A stretch of DNA of 64,000 bases from a bacterium (GTDB taxonomy: Bacteria; Hinthialibacterota; Hinthialibacteria; Hinthialibacterales; Hinthialibacteraceae). The DNA is taken from assembly GCA_041946805.1 (NCBI GenBank), contig JBHGBC010000008.1, positions 1 to 64,000 on the forward strand. Direction: 5' to 3'. This document shows, piece after piece, positions 39,857 to 49,610 of the stretch. The position numbers and the translations under genes are program-made. The notes beneath the pieces were generated by a model. It made no database searches and had not been told where the DNA came from. It saw only the letters and a program-made list of their open reading frames with translations. Positions within the stretch are counted from its first letter, which is position 1. Each line of letters starts with the position of its first letter.

Positions 39857-41283
39857 GCTCCATCCTGCGGAACTCCATCTTCATGGGCTTGTTCAACCTC
39901 TTTGGACGCGCCTCGGGCTTGATCCGTTACTGGCTGCTGGTGGCCTTTTTGTCCAAGGCCGATTTCGCGCTGATCACTTATTCGTTTTATGTGGGACGGC
40001 TGGGCCGTCATTTCATGGACGGAGGGCTGGACAATCTGATCTCCCGGGACGGCGCGCGCACGCACGGCAAGATCGCCGATTACCTCTTCCACGGCTTGTT
40101 GCTCAAGGCCATTCTGGGGGGGTTGTTCGGCGTGGGGGTGTTCTTTTACCTGGCCTTCACCCGGGAAAAAAGTTGGAGCGAATTGGGAGTGATCTACATC
40201 TCGCTGGCGGGCTCGGCCATGCTGTCCCTGACCGGCGTGCTCCGCAGCGGCTTCACCGCCGCCGAGCGGATGGAATACGTCTTTTACACCAACCTGCCCG
40301 CCCGGATGATCTCCATATTCCTCTTGTTTCTCACCGTGTATTTCTCCCTGCCCTTGGCGGCGGCCGCGGGAGCGGTGTCCCTGGAAAACTTCATCTGGTT
40401 CTACCTGCTGGCCTCGGCCGGATTGCGTTTTTTTTCATTCCTCACGCCGGTTTCGTTTTCCACCATCAAATACATGCTCGCCGAGTCCTGGTCGCTGGCG
40501 TTGTACGGATTTTTCAATGTCTTCTATCTCAGCCTGGACGTCATGATGATCGAATACCTCATGGGCGGGGACGAGGCGGTCGCCCCCTACACCTACGCCA
40601 GCCTCTTGATCGAGGGCGTGACCATGATGGTCTCGGGCTACCTGATCGCCATCTACCCGGCCTTGTCGCGGTATTATCAAGCAGATGAAGCAGCGTACCG
40701 CGCCCTGTTCCGGCAATCGGTGATCGTGCTGCTCTCCATCACGGTCCCCATTTCAGTGCTGCTGGCGGGGTGGTCGTATGGCTGGATGAATTTCATCCGG
40801 GAGACGGGCCTGGTCTCCAGCCAGGTCTTGGCGGTGCTGGCGGCCACGTTGAATCTGTCGGTGCTCAATACGCTGATTATCGTGGTCTTCACGTCCCGCC
40901 ACCGGCAGCGTTGGCTGGTGGCGTTCACCGGCGGAGCGGTGCTGATTTCGTTTTTGACGAACTGGGTCATGATCGTGTGGTACGGGCAGGTGGGCGCAGC
41001 CGCCGCGTCGTTCCTGTCGCAACTGATTCTCTTGATCGCCATGGGGTGGATCGCTTGGCGCCTGTTCGCCTTGCCCATTCCAGCCGGCAAGGCGGGTGGG
41101 ATTCTGCTGGTTTCCCTCCTGGCCGGGGGCATCACCCGCCTGATCCCCGGCCTGCACCTCTTGGCCGTGCCCTTCGTTTACGGGATTTTCCTGTTGGGGC
41201 TCGCCCGCCTTCTAGGGGTGATGACGCCGGAGGAAATGTCGAACATCCTCAACACGGTGAGACGGCGTGGAATCGCAAAGTGA
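39853..41283 (+). CDS. Wzx-like oligosaccharide flippase (MOP superfamily)
   Basis: ILRNSIF start, YLSLDVMMI, AIYPALSRYY, YGQVGAAAA; about 14 TM helices. Confidence 0.88.
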   Translation: MSSILRNSIFMGLFNLFGRASGLIRYWLLVAFLSKADFALITYSFYVGRLGRHFMDGGLDNLISRDGARTHGKIADYLFHGLLLKAILGGLFGVGVFFYLAFTREKSWSELGVIYISLAGSAMLSLTGVLRSGFTAAERMEYVFYTNLPARMISIFLLFLTVYFSLPLAAAAGAVSLENFIWFYLLASAGLRFFSFLTPVSFSTIKYMLAESWSLALYGFFNVFYLSLDVMMIEYLMGGDEAVAPYTYASLLIEGVTMMVSGYLIAIYPALSRYYQADEAAYRALFRQSVIVLLSITVPISVLLAGWSYGWMNFIRETGLVSSQVLAVLAATLNLSVLNTLIIVVFTSRHRQRWLVAFTGGAVLISFLTNWVMIVWYGQVGAAAASFLSQLILLIAMGWIAWRLFALPIPAGKAGGILLVSLLAGGITRLIPGLHLLAVPFVYGIFLLGLARLLGVMTPEEMSNILNTVRRRGIAK

Positions 41284-42099
41284 TTAACGAAGGGCAGGGA
41301 TAGAAAATCAGGAAGGCTTACGCGCGCATGCGCAGGGATGGCCACTCCGGAAGACTTCAGGTTCCAGAATCAATCCCGTCCAGAAAGGATTTTCGTTATC
41401 GCCCGGCCATCAATCTGCCGGATATCGGAGCCGATTTCTAGCGGCTGGCAGGTCAAGGCCTGAGTCCGTTAGATCCGGATGCCATCGAAATGCAACGTTG
41501 GAGAGGATTTTTGCATTCCCAGGGGGAAGGGAAAACTCATTTCCGCCGCCGTGAAAAAATCGGCAGGTTCTACAATAAAATCGTAAAGTATGTAAATTTA
41601 AAAAATTTGCATATATTTTATGGCGTGTAGCTTACCAATAGAGAAGTTTTTCCCTCTTTGGCAAAATACCGGAAGCATCACACCCATATCCCGATGTATC
41701 GCCCCAGGAAGAGCTTCCCATGAACGCCAATGATATGGAAACCCGTATAGCCGAAGTCCGCGAAGGATGCGAGAGCCTGTGTGAGCCGGTCCGGCGGAAT
41801 ACGGAACAGCACGATTCCGGGAGCGTGGCCGGATATCGATTCGACGGGTGGGAGAGAGCCCCCCGAAATCCCCTCTCCCTCTGGGGAGGGAATCGTTGCC
41901 TGTTCACATCCCTGCTCATACCGCGAATCAAGCACGGAGAAAGTTCCGCATTCGGATCAAATATGTAAAGCTACTTTGGAAAAATCCAACAGAATCTAAA
42001 ATCTGGATCATCATAATATGAAAATCACTCCTCTGTTCATTTTTACGGTTCATTCGGGAAGTGCGTACATCATGAGGTAAAATCGATTCCATTCACTCC

Positions 42100-42262
42100 G
42101 GGATGAGGTCGGACACCCAGGTCCGCCCCGGCAAAAATTCCCTCACTCTATCCTTCTCCCAGAGGGAGAGGGAATTTGGGAGGTGGTTTTCATCGATCAT
42201 ATCGAAGAGATGCGCACCGGCGATCGGAAAAAAAGTACGCACTTGACGGATGAGCCATTTTT
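42100..42262 (+). repeat. Composite intergenic repeat (B-A-C), full copy
   Basis: GGACACCCAGGTCCGCCCC-AAAAATTCCCTCAC...GGGAGAGGG...AAAAAGTACGCACTTGACGG. Confidence 0.8.
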
Positions 42263-42351
42263 ACTATCCAGTTTGAAACGTTCCCAAGTCCCTTTTTCTC
42301 ATCACCCTGTTTTGGGATACTGTCCCCAACATCACTCGTGGGAGGTTCACC

Positions 42352-44553
42352 ATGCGCCTGGTTTACCGAAAAGCCGTTGGGATGCTGCTGGGAGTGACCG
42401 CCTTGATATTATCCGGAGCGGGTGGGAGTCCGGCGCAACCGATCACCGTTACTGAAAAGCCCAAGACTTGGACGCTGCGTACGGATTCGTCCGTCTATCA
42501 ATTGGCGGTAGCCAGCGACGGCGTGGTGATTCCCGTCTATTACGGGCCCGCCGCCGATTGGCTGGCCGCCCACGACGCGCCATTGCGAGTGAACAACAAG
42601 GTGGGCAGCGAAATCCGCGAAGTCCCCTTCCGGGGCGGATTCGTCAACCAGACTCCCGCCTTGGAAGTGGTTTTCGCCGAGCGCACCCGCGACACCGAAC
42701 TGGTCTTTGTCCGGGATGAAATCGTGGAACAGGACGGCTATCCCGCATTGCGCCTGGAAATGGAAGACAAGGCTTATGGTTTGCATGTCACGGAATGGAT
42801 CCGGCTGATCCCCGAATTGGATCTGATCCAAAAGTGGCTCGAACTCCACAACGCCGGGGGGCAGCCCGTCCATGTGGAGAATGCGCAGTCGGGTTCCGTC
42901 TGGCTGCAGCCGGACGAATACGATCTCTATCACCTTAGCGGGCGCTGGGGCTGGGAGTGCATGCTGCAGAAAACCCGGCTCACCCCAGGAGTTAAAACCT
43001 TGCAGACCCGCACGTTCCGGTTTTATGAGAATCCTCCCTGGTTCGCCGTGGGCCCGGCCGGGGCGGTGAGCGAAACCGAGGGCAACGTCTGGTTCGGCGG
43101 GGTGGAGTGGACCGGTGATTTCCGGCTCGATTTCGATAAAAAAATAGCCGGGCAGTTGCAAATCGTGGGCGGGATCAACTTCTGGGACGCCGCCTGGACG
43201 CTACGCCCCGGCGAGACCTTCACCACACCCAAGATCCTGTTCGGCTTTTCGCGGGAAGGCCTGGGCGGCGTGTCGCACCGTTTGCACGACTACGCCCGGC
43301 AGCATTTGCTGCGCCCCCGGTTCCGGCAGCAGGTCCGGCCCTTGCTCTACAACAGCTGGTACGCCACCACCTTCAACATCACCGAGGCGCAGCAACTGGC
43401 GTTGGCCGATGTGGCCAAGGATCTGGGCGTCGAACTCTTTGTGATCGATGACGGCTGGTTCAAGGGCCGCAAGGACGACCTCGCCGGGCTGGGCGACTGG
43501 GTGGTGGACCCGGAGAAATTCCCCAACGGCCTGCGGCCCATGATTGAAAAGATCCGCCGGAAAGGCATGGAGTTCGGTATCTGGGTGGAGCCGGAGATGG
43601 TCAATCCGGATAGTGATCTCTACCGCGCCCATCCTGATTGGGCGTTCCATTATCCCACCCGGATCCGGCATGAAAGCCGTAACCAGCTGATGCTCAACCT
43701 CGCCCGCGAGGACGTGTATCAATACCTGCTCGATTCGCTCTCCACCCTGCTGCGCGAGAATCCCATCTCGTTCATCAAGTGGGACTACAACCGCGACCTG
43801 GCCGATCCCGGCTGGCCGGACGCCGATCCGGACACCCAGCGCGAGGTGCGTATCCGCTATTTCTATAACCTGAACCGGTTGGTGCGAGAATTGGAGAACC
43901 GTTTCCCTGATGTCTGGTTCGAATGCTGTTCGGGCGGCGGCGGGCGCATCAGCTACGGCTGGCTCAGCCAGATGGACCAGTTCTGGACCAGCGACAACAC
44001 CGATCCCGCCGACCGGGTGATGATCCAATACGGCTACCTGCACGGCTTCCCCGCCTGCGCCATGGTGGGCTGGATCACCAACGAGGACTGGCACAGCGCC
44101 AGGCCCTCGTTGAAGTTCCGCTTTCATTCCTCCATGTGCGGCGTGTTGGGCATCGGCGAGGACCTCACGAAATGGAACGCGGACCAACGGCGGGAAGCCG
44201 CCGGATTGGTCCAGTTATACAAGGAGATCCGGCCGGTGGTGCAGTTCGGCGATGTCCACCGGTTGATCTCGCCTTTCGAGACCACCCGCGCGGCGCTGGA
44301 ATACGTGACAAAGGATGCCTCCGAAGCGGTGGTGTTTCTCTTCAACCTGCAGGAAACCTTGCCCGGGAGCACACCCACCAGCCGCATGTATCAGTCCGTC
44401 CGCCTCCGGGGATTGGATCCCCAGGCGGAATATGAAGTCACAGGCGATACTCGAACCTTGAAAGCCACGGGCGAGACGCTCATGAACGCGGGCATCCCCT
44501 GGATTCCCCGGGGGAACTACAGCAGCGCCTTGCTCCGGGTAAAAAAGAGGTAA
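42352..44553 (+). CDS. Alpha-galactosidase, GH36
   Basis: YNSWYA, LFVIDDGWF, FGIWVEPEMV, IKWDYNR, CSGGGGR and WTSDNTD motifs; signal peptide. Confidence 0.95.
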   Translation: MRLVYRKAVGMLLGVTALILSGAGGSPAQPITVTEKPKTWTLRTDSSVYQLAVASDGVVIPVYYGPAADWLAAHDAPLRVNNKVGSEIREVPFRGGFVNQTPALEVVFAERTRDTELVFVRDEIVEQDGYPALRLEMEDKAYGLHVTEWIRLIPELDLIQKWLELHNAGGQPVHVENAQSGSVWLQPDEYDLYHLSGRWGWECMLQKTRLTPGVKTLQTRTFRFYENPPWFAVGPAGAVSETEGNVWFGGVEWTGDFRLDFDKKIAGQLQIVGGINFWDAAWTLRPGETFTTPKILFGFSREGLGGVSHRLHDYARQHLLRPRFRQQVRPLLYNSWYATTFNITEAQQLALADVAKDLGVELFVIDDGWFKGRKDDLAGLGDWVVDPEKFPNGLRPMIEKIRRKGMEFGIWVEPEMVNPDSDLYRAHPDWAFHYPTRIRHESRNQLMLNLAREDVYQYLLDSLSTLLRENPISFIKWDYNRDLADPGWPDADPDTQREVRIRYFYNLNRLVRELENRFPDVWFECCSGGGGRISYGWLSQMDQFWTSDNTDPADRVMIQYGYLHGFPACAMVGWITNEDWHSARPSLKFRFHSSMCGVLGIGEDLTKWNADQRREAAGLVQLYKEIRPVVQFGDVHRLISPFETTRAALEYVTKDASEAVVFLFNLQETLPGSTPTSRMYQSVRLRGLDPQAEYEVTGDTRTLKATGETLMNAGIPWIPRGNYSSALLRVKKR

Positions 44554-44640
44554 TCAGTCCGTGGGGGATGATACCCCCAACCATCCCTGCCGGGGCGGGG
44601 GAGGGAAGTGTTTTCAAGTCCATGCGGGAGGGAATTTCGC

Positions 44641-45918
44641 TTACGCCGGGGGGGCTTTGGGGGATGTCCGGCGTTTACGGGCGGCGAATTCGGGCGCTTC
44701 CTTGATGCACTCGCCCAGAATCTTCACCCCCTGCCACAAGAGGCCGCTGGTGGCGCGCACGAAGCCCGCCGGGGCCGGGCCGAGTTCCGTAAAACCGCGC
44801 TCATCGGGCGTCAGTTTCTCCCAGTTGTGGAACAGCCGCCCCCATTGGCCCTGTAGAACCTGGTGCACGCGGCGGTTGCCGAACTTGGGATACCAATACA
44901 TATCGTGATAAAGCACGCTGGCAATGTACGCCCAGGGAGCCATCCAGGTTTTCAGCGACCATTCGATGAAAGACTTGAGCCGGCCCCAGTAGATCTGGTG
45001 CTGCATCCGCGCGGCGAAGGTCAGATGCTTGAAGGGGCCTTCGAATTGCCAGTTTTCGTTGGCGGCCTCGAGGTCGCCCACGATTTCGATCTGTTTCGGA
45101 TCCCCACAGCCCAAACCCAGGTCATGCGCCAGGCGGATGAATTTGATCTGCATCGGATCGAAACCCATCAGCCGGGCGGCCACCGCGTCGATGGCCACCG
45201 GATCGGCCGAGGCCAGGATCACGTTCTTTTCATGCGGGACCATGCAACGGGGGCCAGGGCCGTCGCCGGCGAAGGCGCCATCCATCACCGCGAACAGGCC
45301 GCGGTGGATCTTCTTCTGGATCATCAGCAGATCCACCAGGGTCTCGTGGATCACCGGGTGGGTCCAATGGCGGCGTTCATTGAGCAGGCCGCCAAAGGCG
45401 TTTTTCATTGCCCCGGTGGTGGTGGTGAAGACATGGGTTTTCACCGTGGGCAGGTGGATGATGTTTTCGCCGATGAACCGTTTGGGAATCGAAAAGCCGT
45501 TGGGGTAGACCTCGTTGAGGCACAGGAACTTTTGCGTCAGATCGCCCACCGCCTCGCGGATATCGATCCACTCCTCGCCCTCATAGAGGTGGATGTTGCG
45601 CAGGTTATGCGCCTCCAGGACGTTGATCTGCTTGTTTTCCCGCTCGCCGAAATGCGCGTCGATCACCACCGTGCGGTTGTGGCAGCCGTGGATGAGTTCC
45701 GGCCGGTACCCGTCCTGGAGCATGGCGCGGACCACGCCCTCGAGCTGCCAGGGAGTGGTGGAAGCCGCGGGATAAAAGAAATGCCAACTGATGTTGATCT
45801 TGAGCGCGGTGTCGGCGGCCCGATCGATCACGGACTGATAACCGGCTAGATTTAACAGGTTGTGATAATCCTCGAACACCGTGCGCGGTGAGGTTTTGAG
45901 AATCGCGACTTTGGACAC
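44641..45918 (-). CDS. DUF362 domain protein
   Basis: LPTVKTH..TTTTGAMKNAFG, DGPGP, ASADPVAIDAVAARLMGFDP. Confidence 0.88.
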   Translation of the reverse strand: MSKVAILKTSPRTVFEDYHNLLNLAGYQSVIDRAADTALKINISWHFFYPAASTTPWQLEGVVRAMLQDGYRPELIHGCHNRTVVIDAHFGERENKQINVLEAHNLRNIHLYEGEEWIDIREAVGDLTQKFLCLNEVYPNGFSIPKRFIGENIIHLPTVKTHVFTTTTGAMKNAFGGLLNERRHWTHPVIHETLVDLLMIQKKIHRGLFAVMDGAFAGDGPGPRCMVPHEKNVILASADPVAIDAVAARLMGFDPMQIKFIRLAHDLGLGCGDPKQIEIVGDLEAANENWQFEGPFKHLTFAARMQHQIYWGRLKSFIEWSLKTWMAPWAYIASVLYHDMYWYPKFGNRRVHQVLQGQWGRLFHNWEKLTPDERGFTELGPAPAGFVRATSGLLWQGVKILGECIKEAPEFAARKRRTSPKAPPA

Positions 45919-46284
45919 GATACGATGCTTCCTTCCTGCGTGCTGAAAACGGGACAGGGCAGGTTCGCCACGGGATGCTTCACACCTCCGCGTGAAGCCA
46001 ACGGGCCCCTGCCCGGTTTGCGGGGGGCGGCAGGCAACCGAGGTTTTTCAATCCAATATCCCACCCTCGATCATCCCATCTGACGCGGAAATCCCCCCCT
46101 CTTCCTAGAGTATAGTGAGGCGGGAGGGCAAGACAATGGGCAGGGGGAGGAAGAAGGAACACGAGATCCCTTCCCTCCACCTTTCCGGTGACCGGAGTGC
46201 GGTCCGGCCACCGGATAAACTGGAGGGAATCACTCGTTCAGCATCCAGAACACGATGGTCCGGGAATCGTTCCCGGAGGTATTT

Positions 46285-47064
46285 TTAGTGCTGTGCTTCC
46301 CAATCCGCGGGAGTCACATTCGCCGGACCTTCCGACAGATACAAATCGAGTACGGCCCGGCCGGACAGCGCTTCGTTATAAATGCGGGCGTTGTCCAAGT
46401 AACCCTTGAACATTTCACCCTCTGCTTTTTCATTGTCTCCACCCATGAACAAGGGTTGAGGGTTATTGAGTTCCAGGGTCTGGGGTTGTGTGCTCACCAC
46501 CACTCCATTCCGGTAATAGATCAGCAACGGGCCTTTTTTGACGATGACATGATGCACCCACACACCAATGGGGGGGTCCGCGTAATCCAAGTTGTCGGTG
46601 CCCAACGTGTTGGCGTGGAATTCAAATTTGGTCGGCGTGAATTTGATGAACTCGCGCGGAGAAAATTCAGCGGCATTAATGTCCTTCCGGTTTCCAAAGA
46701 TAATATTGTTCCCCGCGTTTCCAGCTTCGACTTTGACCCAGATGGCCCAGGTGAAGTTGGTATCGAATTTCATCGCGGGAACGATGTCCTTGCCCACTTG
46801 CACGTACGCGCCGGCCGCGGTCCCGCCGAAACTGATCACGGAGCCCCGCGCGGGATCCTGCGCCCAGACCGAACCGCCTGCGCCCAATCCTTTCGTGGGG
46901 TTGACAATGGTTCCATCCTTGCCCTGGCCGCTGGAGTCGGCGGCCTTTTCGCCCGTACCTTCGTCAAATTTCCAAAATCCGATCAAATCGGCCTGCGCGC
47001 TCACCGAAAACACCAAGCCACCCAGAACCAATCCAATCACGATCCACGATCCGTTTCTCTTCAT
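46285..47064 (-). CDS. Secreted LamG/concanavalin A-like domain protein
   Basis: LIGFWKFDEGTG..AADSSG, WVHHVIV and FKGYLDNARIYNEALS motifs; signal peptide AQA|D. Confidence 0.9.
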   Translation of the reverse strand: MKRNGSWIVIGLVLGGLVFSVSAQADLIGFWKFDEGTGEKAADSSGQGKDGTIVNPTKGLGAGGSVWAQDPARGSVISFGGTAAGAYVQVGKDIVPAMKFDTNFTWAIWVKVEAGNAGNNIIFGNRKDINAAEFSPREFIKFTPTKFEFHANTLGTDNLDYADPPIGVWVHHVIVKKGPLLIYYRNGVVVSTQPQTLELNNPQPLFMGGDNEKAEGEMFKGYLDNARIYNEALSGRAVLDLYLSEGPANVTPADWEAQH

Positions 47065-47336
47065 TATTGTCTCCTCTACGTTGGAATAAGATTGGATAAT
47101 TGTATTGATCTAATGGTATTTCAATTGATTCTATGAAAAAAAGAGAGGTCGTCTAGGTTCCTGCCGCATTAGGAGCCTGAATGGGATAAAAAAACAGTTC
47201 ATCTGAGAATTGCGGACATGAAGAAACAGCATCTTACCCAATCGCCTCAAGATGAGGGTATACACTCAGGTCCGTTCTTACTAGGTTCTGTTGAGTTTTC
47301 GTAATGAATGTTGGACTGGAATGCGTACTCGTCTTT

Positions 47337-47444
47337 TCAGCGCCAACGGCGCGGCATGAGTGTAGCCCAGGGCGTAAGCCCTGGGAAAAGGACGACAAAA
47401 GAAATTATTCCCTCTCCCTCTAGGAGAGGGTTAGGGTGAGGGAA
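47337..47444. repeat. REP mosaic (TAGCC-type palindrome + REP-A)
   Basis: GTAGCCCAGGGCGTAAGCCCTGGG and CCCTCTCCCTCTAGGAGAGGGTTAGGGTGAGGG. Confidence 0.75.
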
Positions 47445-47502
47445 GCCCGGAAAGGGCGAAATGTATCCTTTCTCTGCAATCCAGTAAAAAGTTACAAATA
47501 TT

Positions 47503-48351
47503 CTAATTGTCAGTGAGATTTTGATTCTCTGGTATGGTTTCTTGAGGTAAAACGTCCTCCATTTCCACGATGTCACCAGAGGCTTCACTTGGTAAATTAT
47601 TCTTGACAGTTCGTAAGGGACGTACCGAGCCCTTTTTGACCCGGGCCAAGGACGATTTTAGTTGTTCACTTTCCATGATCTCTCGTTTAATCACTTCCTC
47701 CGTTAAGCAAGTTTTGATTTCGGCGGTATTGATTGAAACATTGGGTGAAACACGCCGTAATTCTCTGCGGATGAGGTTCAGAATGATGTCGTTCAGAAGG
47801 ATCGCGGCAATGGTATATTTGTTGGTGGCCTGTTTTTGCAGATGATAACTTTCCAGAGCCGATTTTCCGATTGCCTCCCGAGTCAATAAGAAGAGCAATT
47901 CGAGATGTGAGGCCGTCTTATGGCATAAATCCAGTAGGTTCAACTCAAAAATCAGTTCATAGTTAATTGGTTTTAAAAAAATAACTTTATAAATTCTCCA
48001 AATGATGCCATTCGTCAGAACCACCCATTCCACGCCTTCGTTGGCCGCGTAATCGATGGCTTGGCGGAGGTGCATGTCTTTCAATTCCAAGCCGACTGCT
48101 TTTACTTCGATGAGTAAGCGCAGTTTCCCTTCTACCTGGATGGCTAAATCGACAAAGGTTCCCCGGATTGCGTGTTCGCGAGTGATTTCATTGTATTTAT
48201 CATAGCCAAACAAGTCGGCCAATACATCAGAAATAAAAGTAACTGTATCGGCTTCATTCACGTCACGATCTCGGAGGATCTGGATAATCGGCTGATATTT
48301 TTTCAGATTCTCAGCCAATCGTTCCTCGACTTTTTTGGGAATGGCTGCCAT
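47503..48351 (-). CDS. Stand-alone type I restriction HsdR N-terminal-like PD-(D/E)xK nuclease
   Basis: NEADT, VDLAI, LIEVK, QAIDYA and WVVLTNGIIWRIY motifs; AT-rich. Confidence 0.85.
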   Translation of the reverse strand: MAAIPKKVEERLAENLKKYQPIIQILRDRDVNEADTVTFISDVLADLFGYDKYNEITREHAIRGTFVDLAIQVEGKLRLLIEVKAVGLELKDMHLRQAIDYAANEGVEWVVLTNGIIWRIYKVIFLKPINYELIFELNLLDLCHKTASHLELLFLLTREAIGKSALESYHLQKQATNKYTIAAILLNDIILNLIRRELRRVSPNVSINTAEIKTCLTEEVIKREIMESEQLKSSLARVKKGSVRPLRTVKNNLPSEASGDIVEMEDVLPQETIPENQNLTDN

Positions 48352-48645
48352 GGAATTGACCTCCTTTGTTTATTCCGGTTGGGCTGCGGATAAAACCCGA
48401 AGTGTACGCTCTATGAATGAATCTAAAATATAGTTTTATCTTTGAAAATAAATCCAATTTTAATTATTTCAAATAAAAAATGACTTGTCAATTCATCCAT
48501 TTTCTATTTTTACCGATTTATGAGAATTGTGACCACGGGAAAATCCGACCCCTGAATCCACATCACCCACCCGAGATGGGTTCCCAGGTCGAACGGTTTT
48601 AAAGAAACTACCTTATGTGCGCCGCCGCGTATCCTCGGACCCGTT

Positions 48646-49395
48646 TCAATACAAATCCCATCCCGGCACGTCCGCGGGAGGCTGGGCGAAGGTATAGACG
48701 ATGCCGATGTCGTTGGTGGCGGGATCGGGATCGGGCATCCATTCCGCCGAGGTGTAATTCTCGTCCTCGGTCTCGAAAACGAGCACGAAATCGCTATAGG
48801 CGGGATCAAAGAGGGGCGTTTCGTCCGGATTGGACAGCCCCGGCTGGCCGTCTTCCATGTTTTTATAGACCAGGTCGCGGCGGATGGCGAATTCCACGTC
48901 CGTGACATTGCCTTCCATGGGCGCCACGTCCGCGTACGCGAAGGTGCCCCACAGATTCTCATCGCTGGCCGGATCGATGGTGCAAACCCAGTCTCCGCAC
49001 CGCTGGTCGAATATCTGCCGTCCCTGGATGTTGAACTCCGAGCCGAAGTTCGCCGGCCAGCGGTGGCCGGTCGTGCTGTCCATGTCGGTGTCGAAGCCCG
49101 TGTTCAGGTACCAAAAGAAATCCCCGTAGGGTTGAGGACTGGTAAACTCGATCCGGAAATAAAAAAAGTCCTTGTCGTTGGCCAGGTAGGCCGCGGCGAA
49201 ATCGTAATGCAATCCGCCGTCGCCGCTGGGATCCTGGCAGGCTGGTCCGATGCCGGTCCAGTCGCTCACATCACCGTCCACTTGAATGGTCCGGTAAACC
49301 GGCGTCGCGGTAATGATGCCATAATCGTCCTGCGCCAAACCCGGGAGGCAAGCCAATCCCAGGAACAGGATGAAAATACCCACTTTTCGCCGCAT
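48646..49395 (-). CDS. Secreted hypothetical protein (DOMON/CBM9-like beta-sandwich)
   Basis: RBS GGAGG before ATG 49395, signal peptide, IQVDGDVSDW...YLAND..FYFRI; ends ADVPGWDLY. Confidence 0.8.
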   Translation of the reverse strand: MRRKVGIFILFLGLACLPGLAQDDYGIITATPVYRTIQVDGDVSDWTGIGPACQDPSGDGGLHYDFAAAYLANDKDFFYFRIEFTSPQPYGDFFWYLNTGFDTDMDSTTGHRWPANFGSEFNIQGRQIFDQRCGDWVCTIDPASDENLWGTFAYADVAPMEGNVTDVEFAIRRDLVYKNMEDGQPGLSNPDETPLFDPAYSDFVLVFETEDENYTSAEWMPDPDPATNDIGIVYTFAQPPADVPGWDLY

Positions 49396-49610
49396 GTTGC
49401 CACCTCCAGAAGGATTTCCGCCCGCAGGATTCCGCGCAGGCAGGCGATCATGATTCTCCATGATGCCCGCGGGAGTTGTCAATGGATTGTTGAATATCCG
49501 GAGTGAACATCCGGGAGGGCGAGGGGAGGTGAAAAGGCCGGGCGTGGACGCGAAGGATTCCGCGCGGCGCGCTGATCCATCCCAGGGAACCGGCTCATAA
49601 GCAATCCCGC

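Noticed and set aside
41300..42050. Short ORFs between the flippase and GH36 genes
   Set aside because: No recognisable motifs; the region is AT-rich with a partial REP. It may be decayed coding DNA but I cannot support that.
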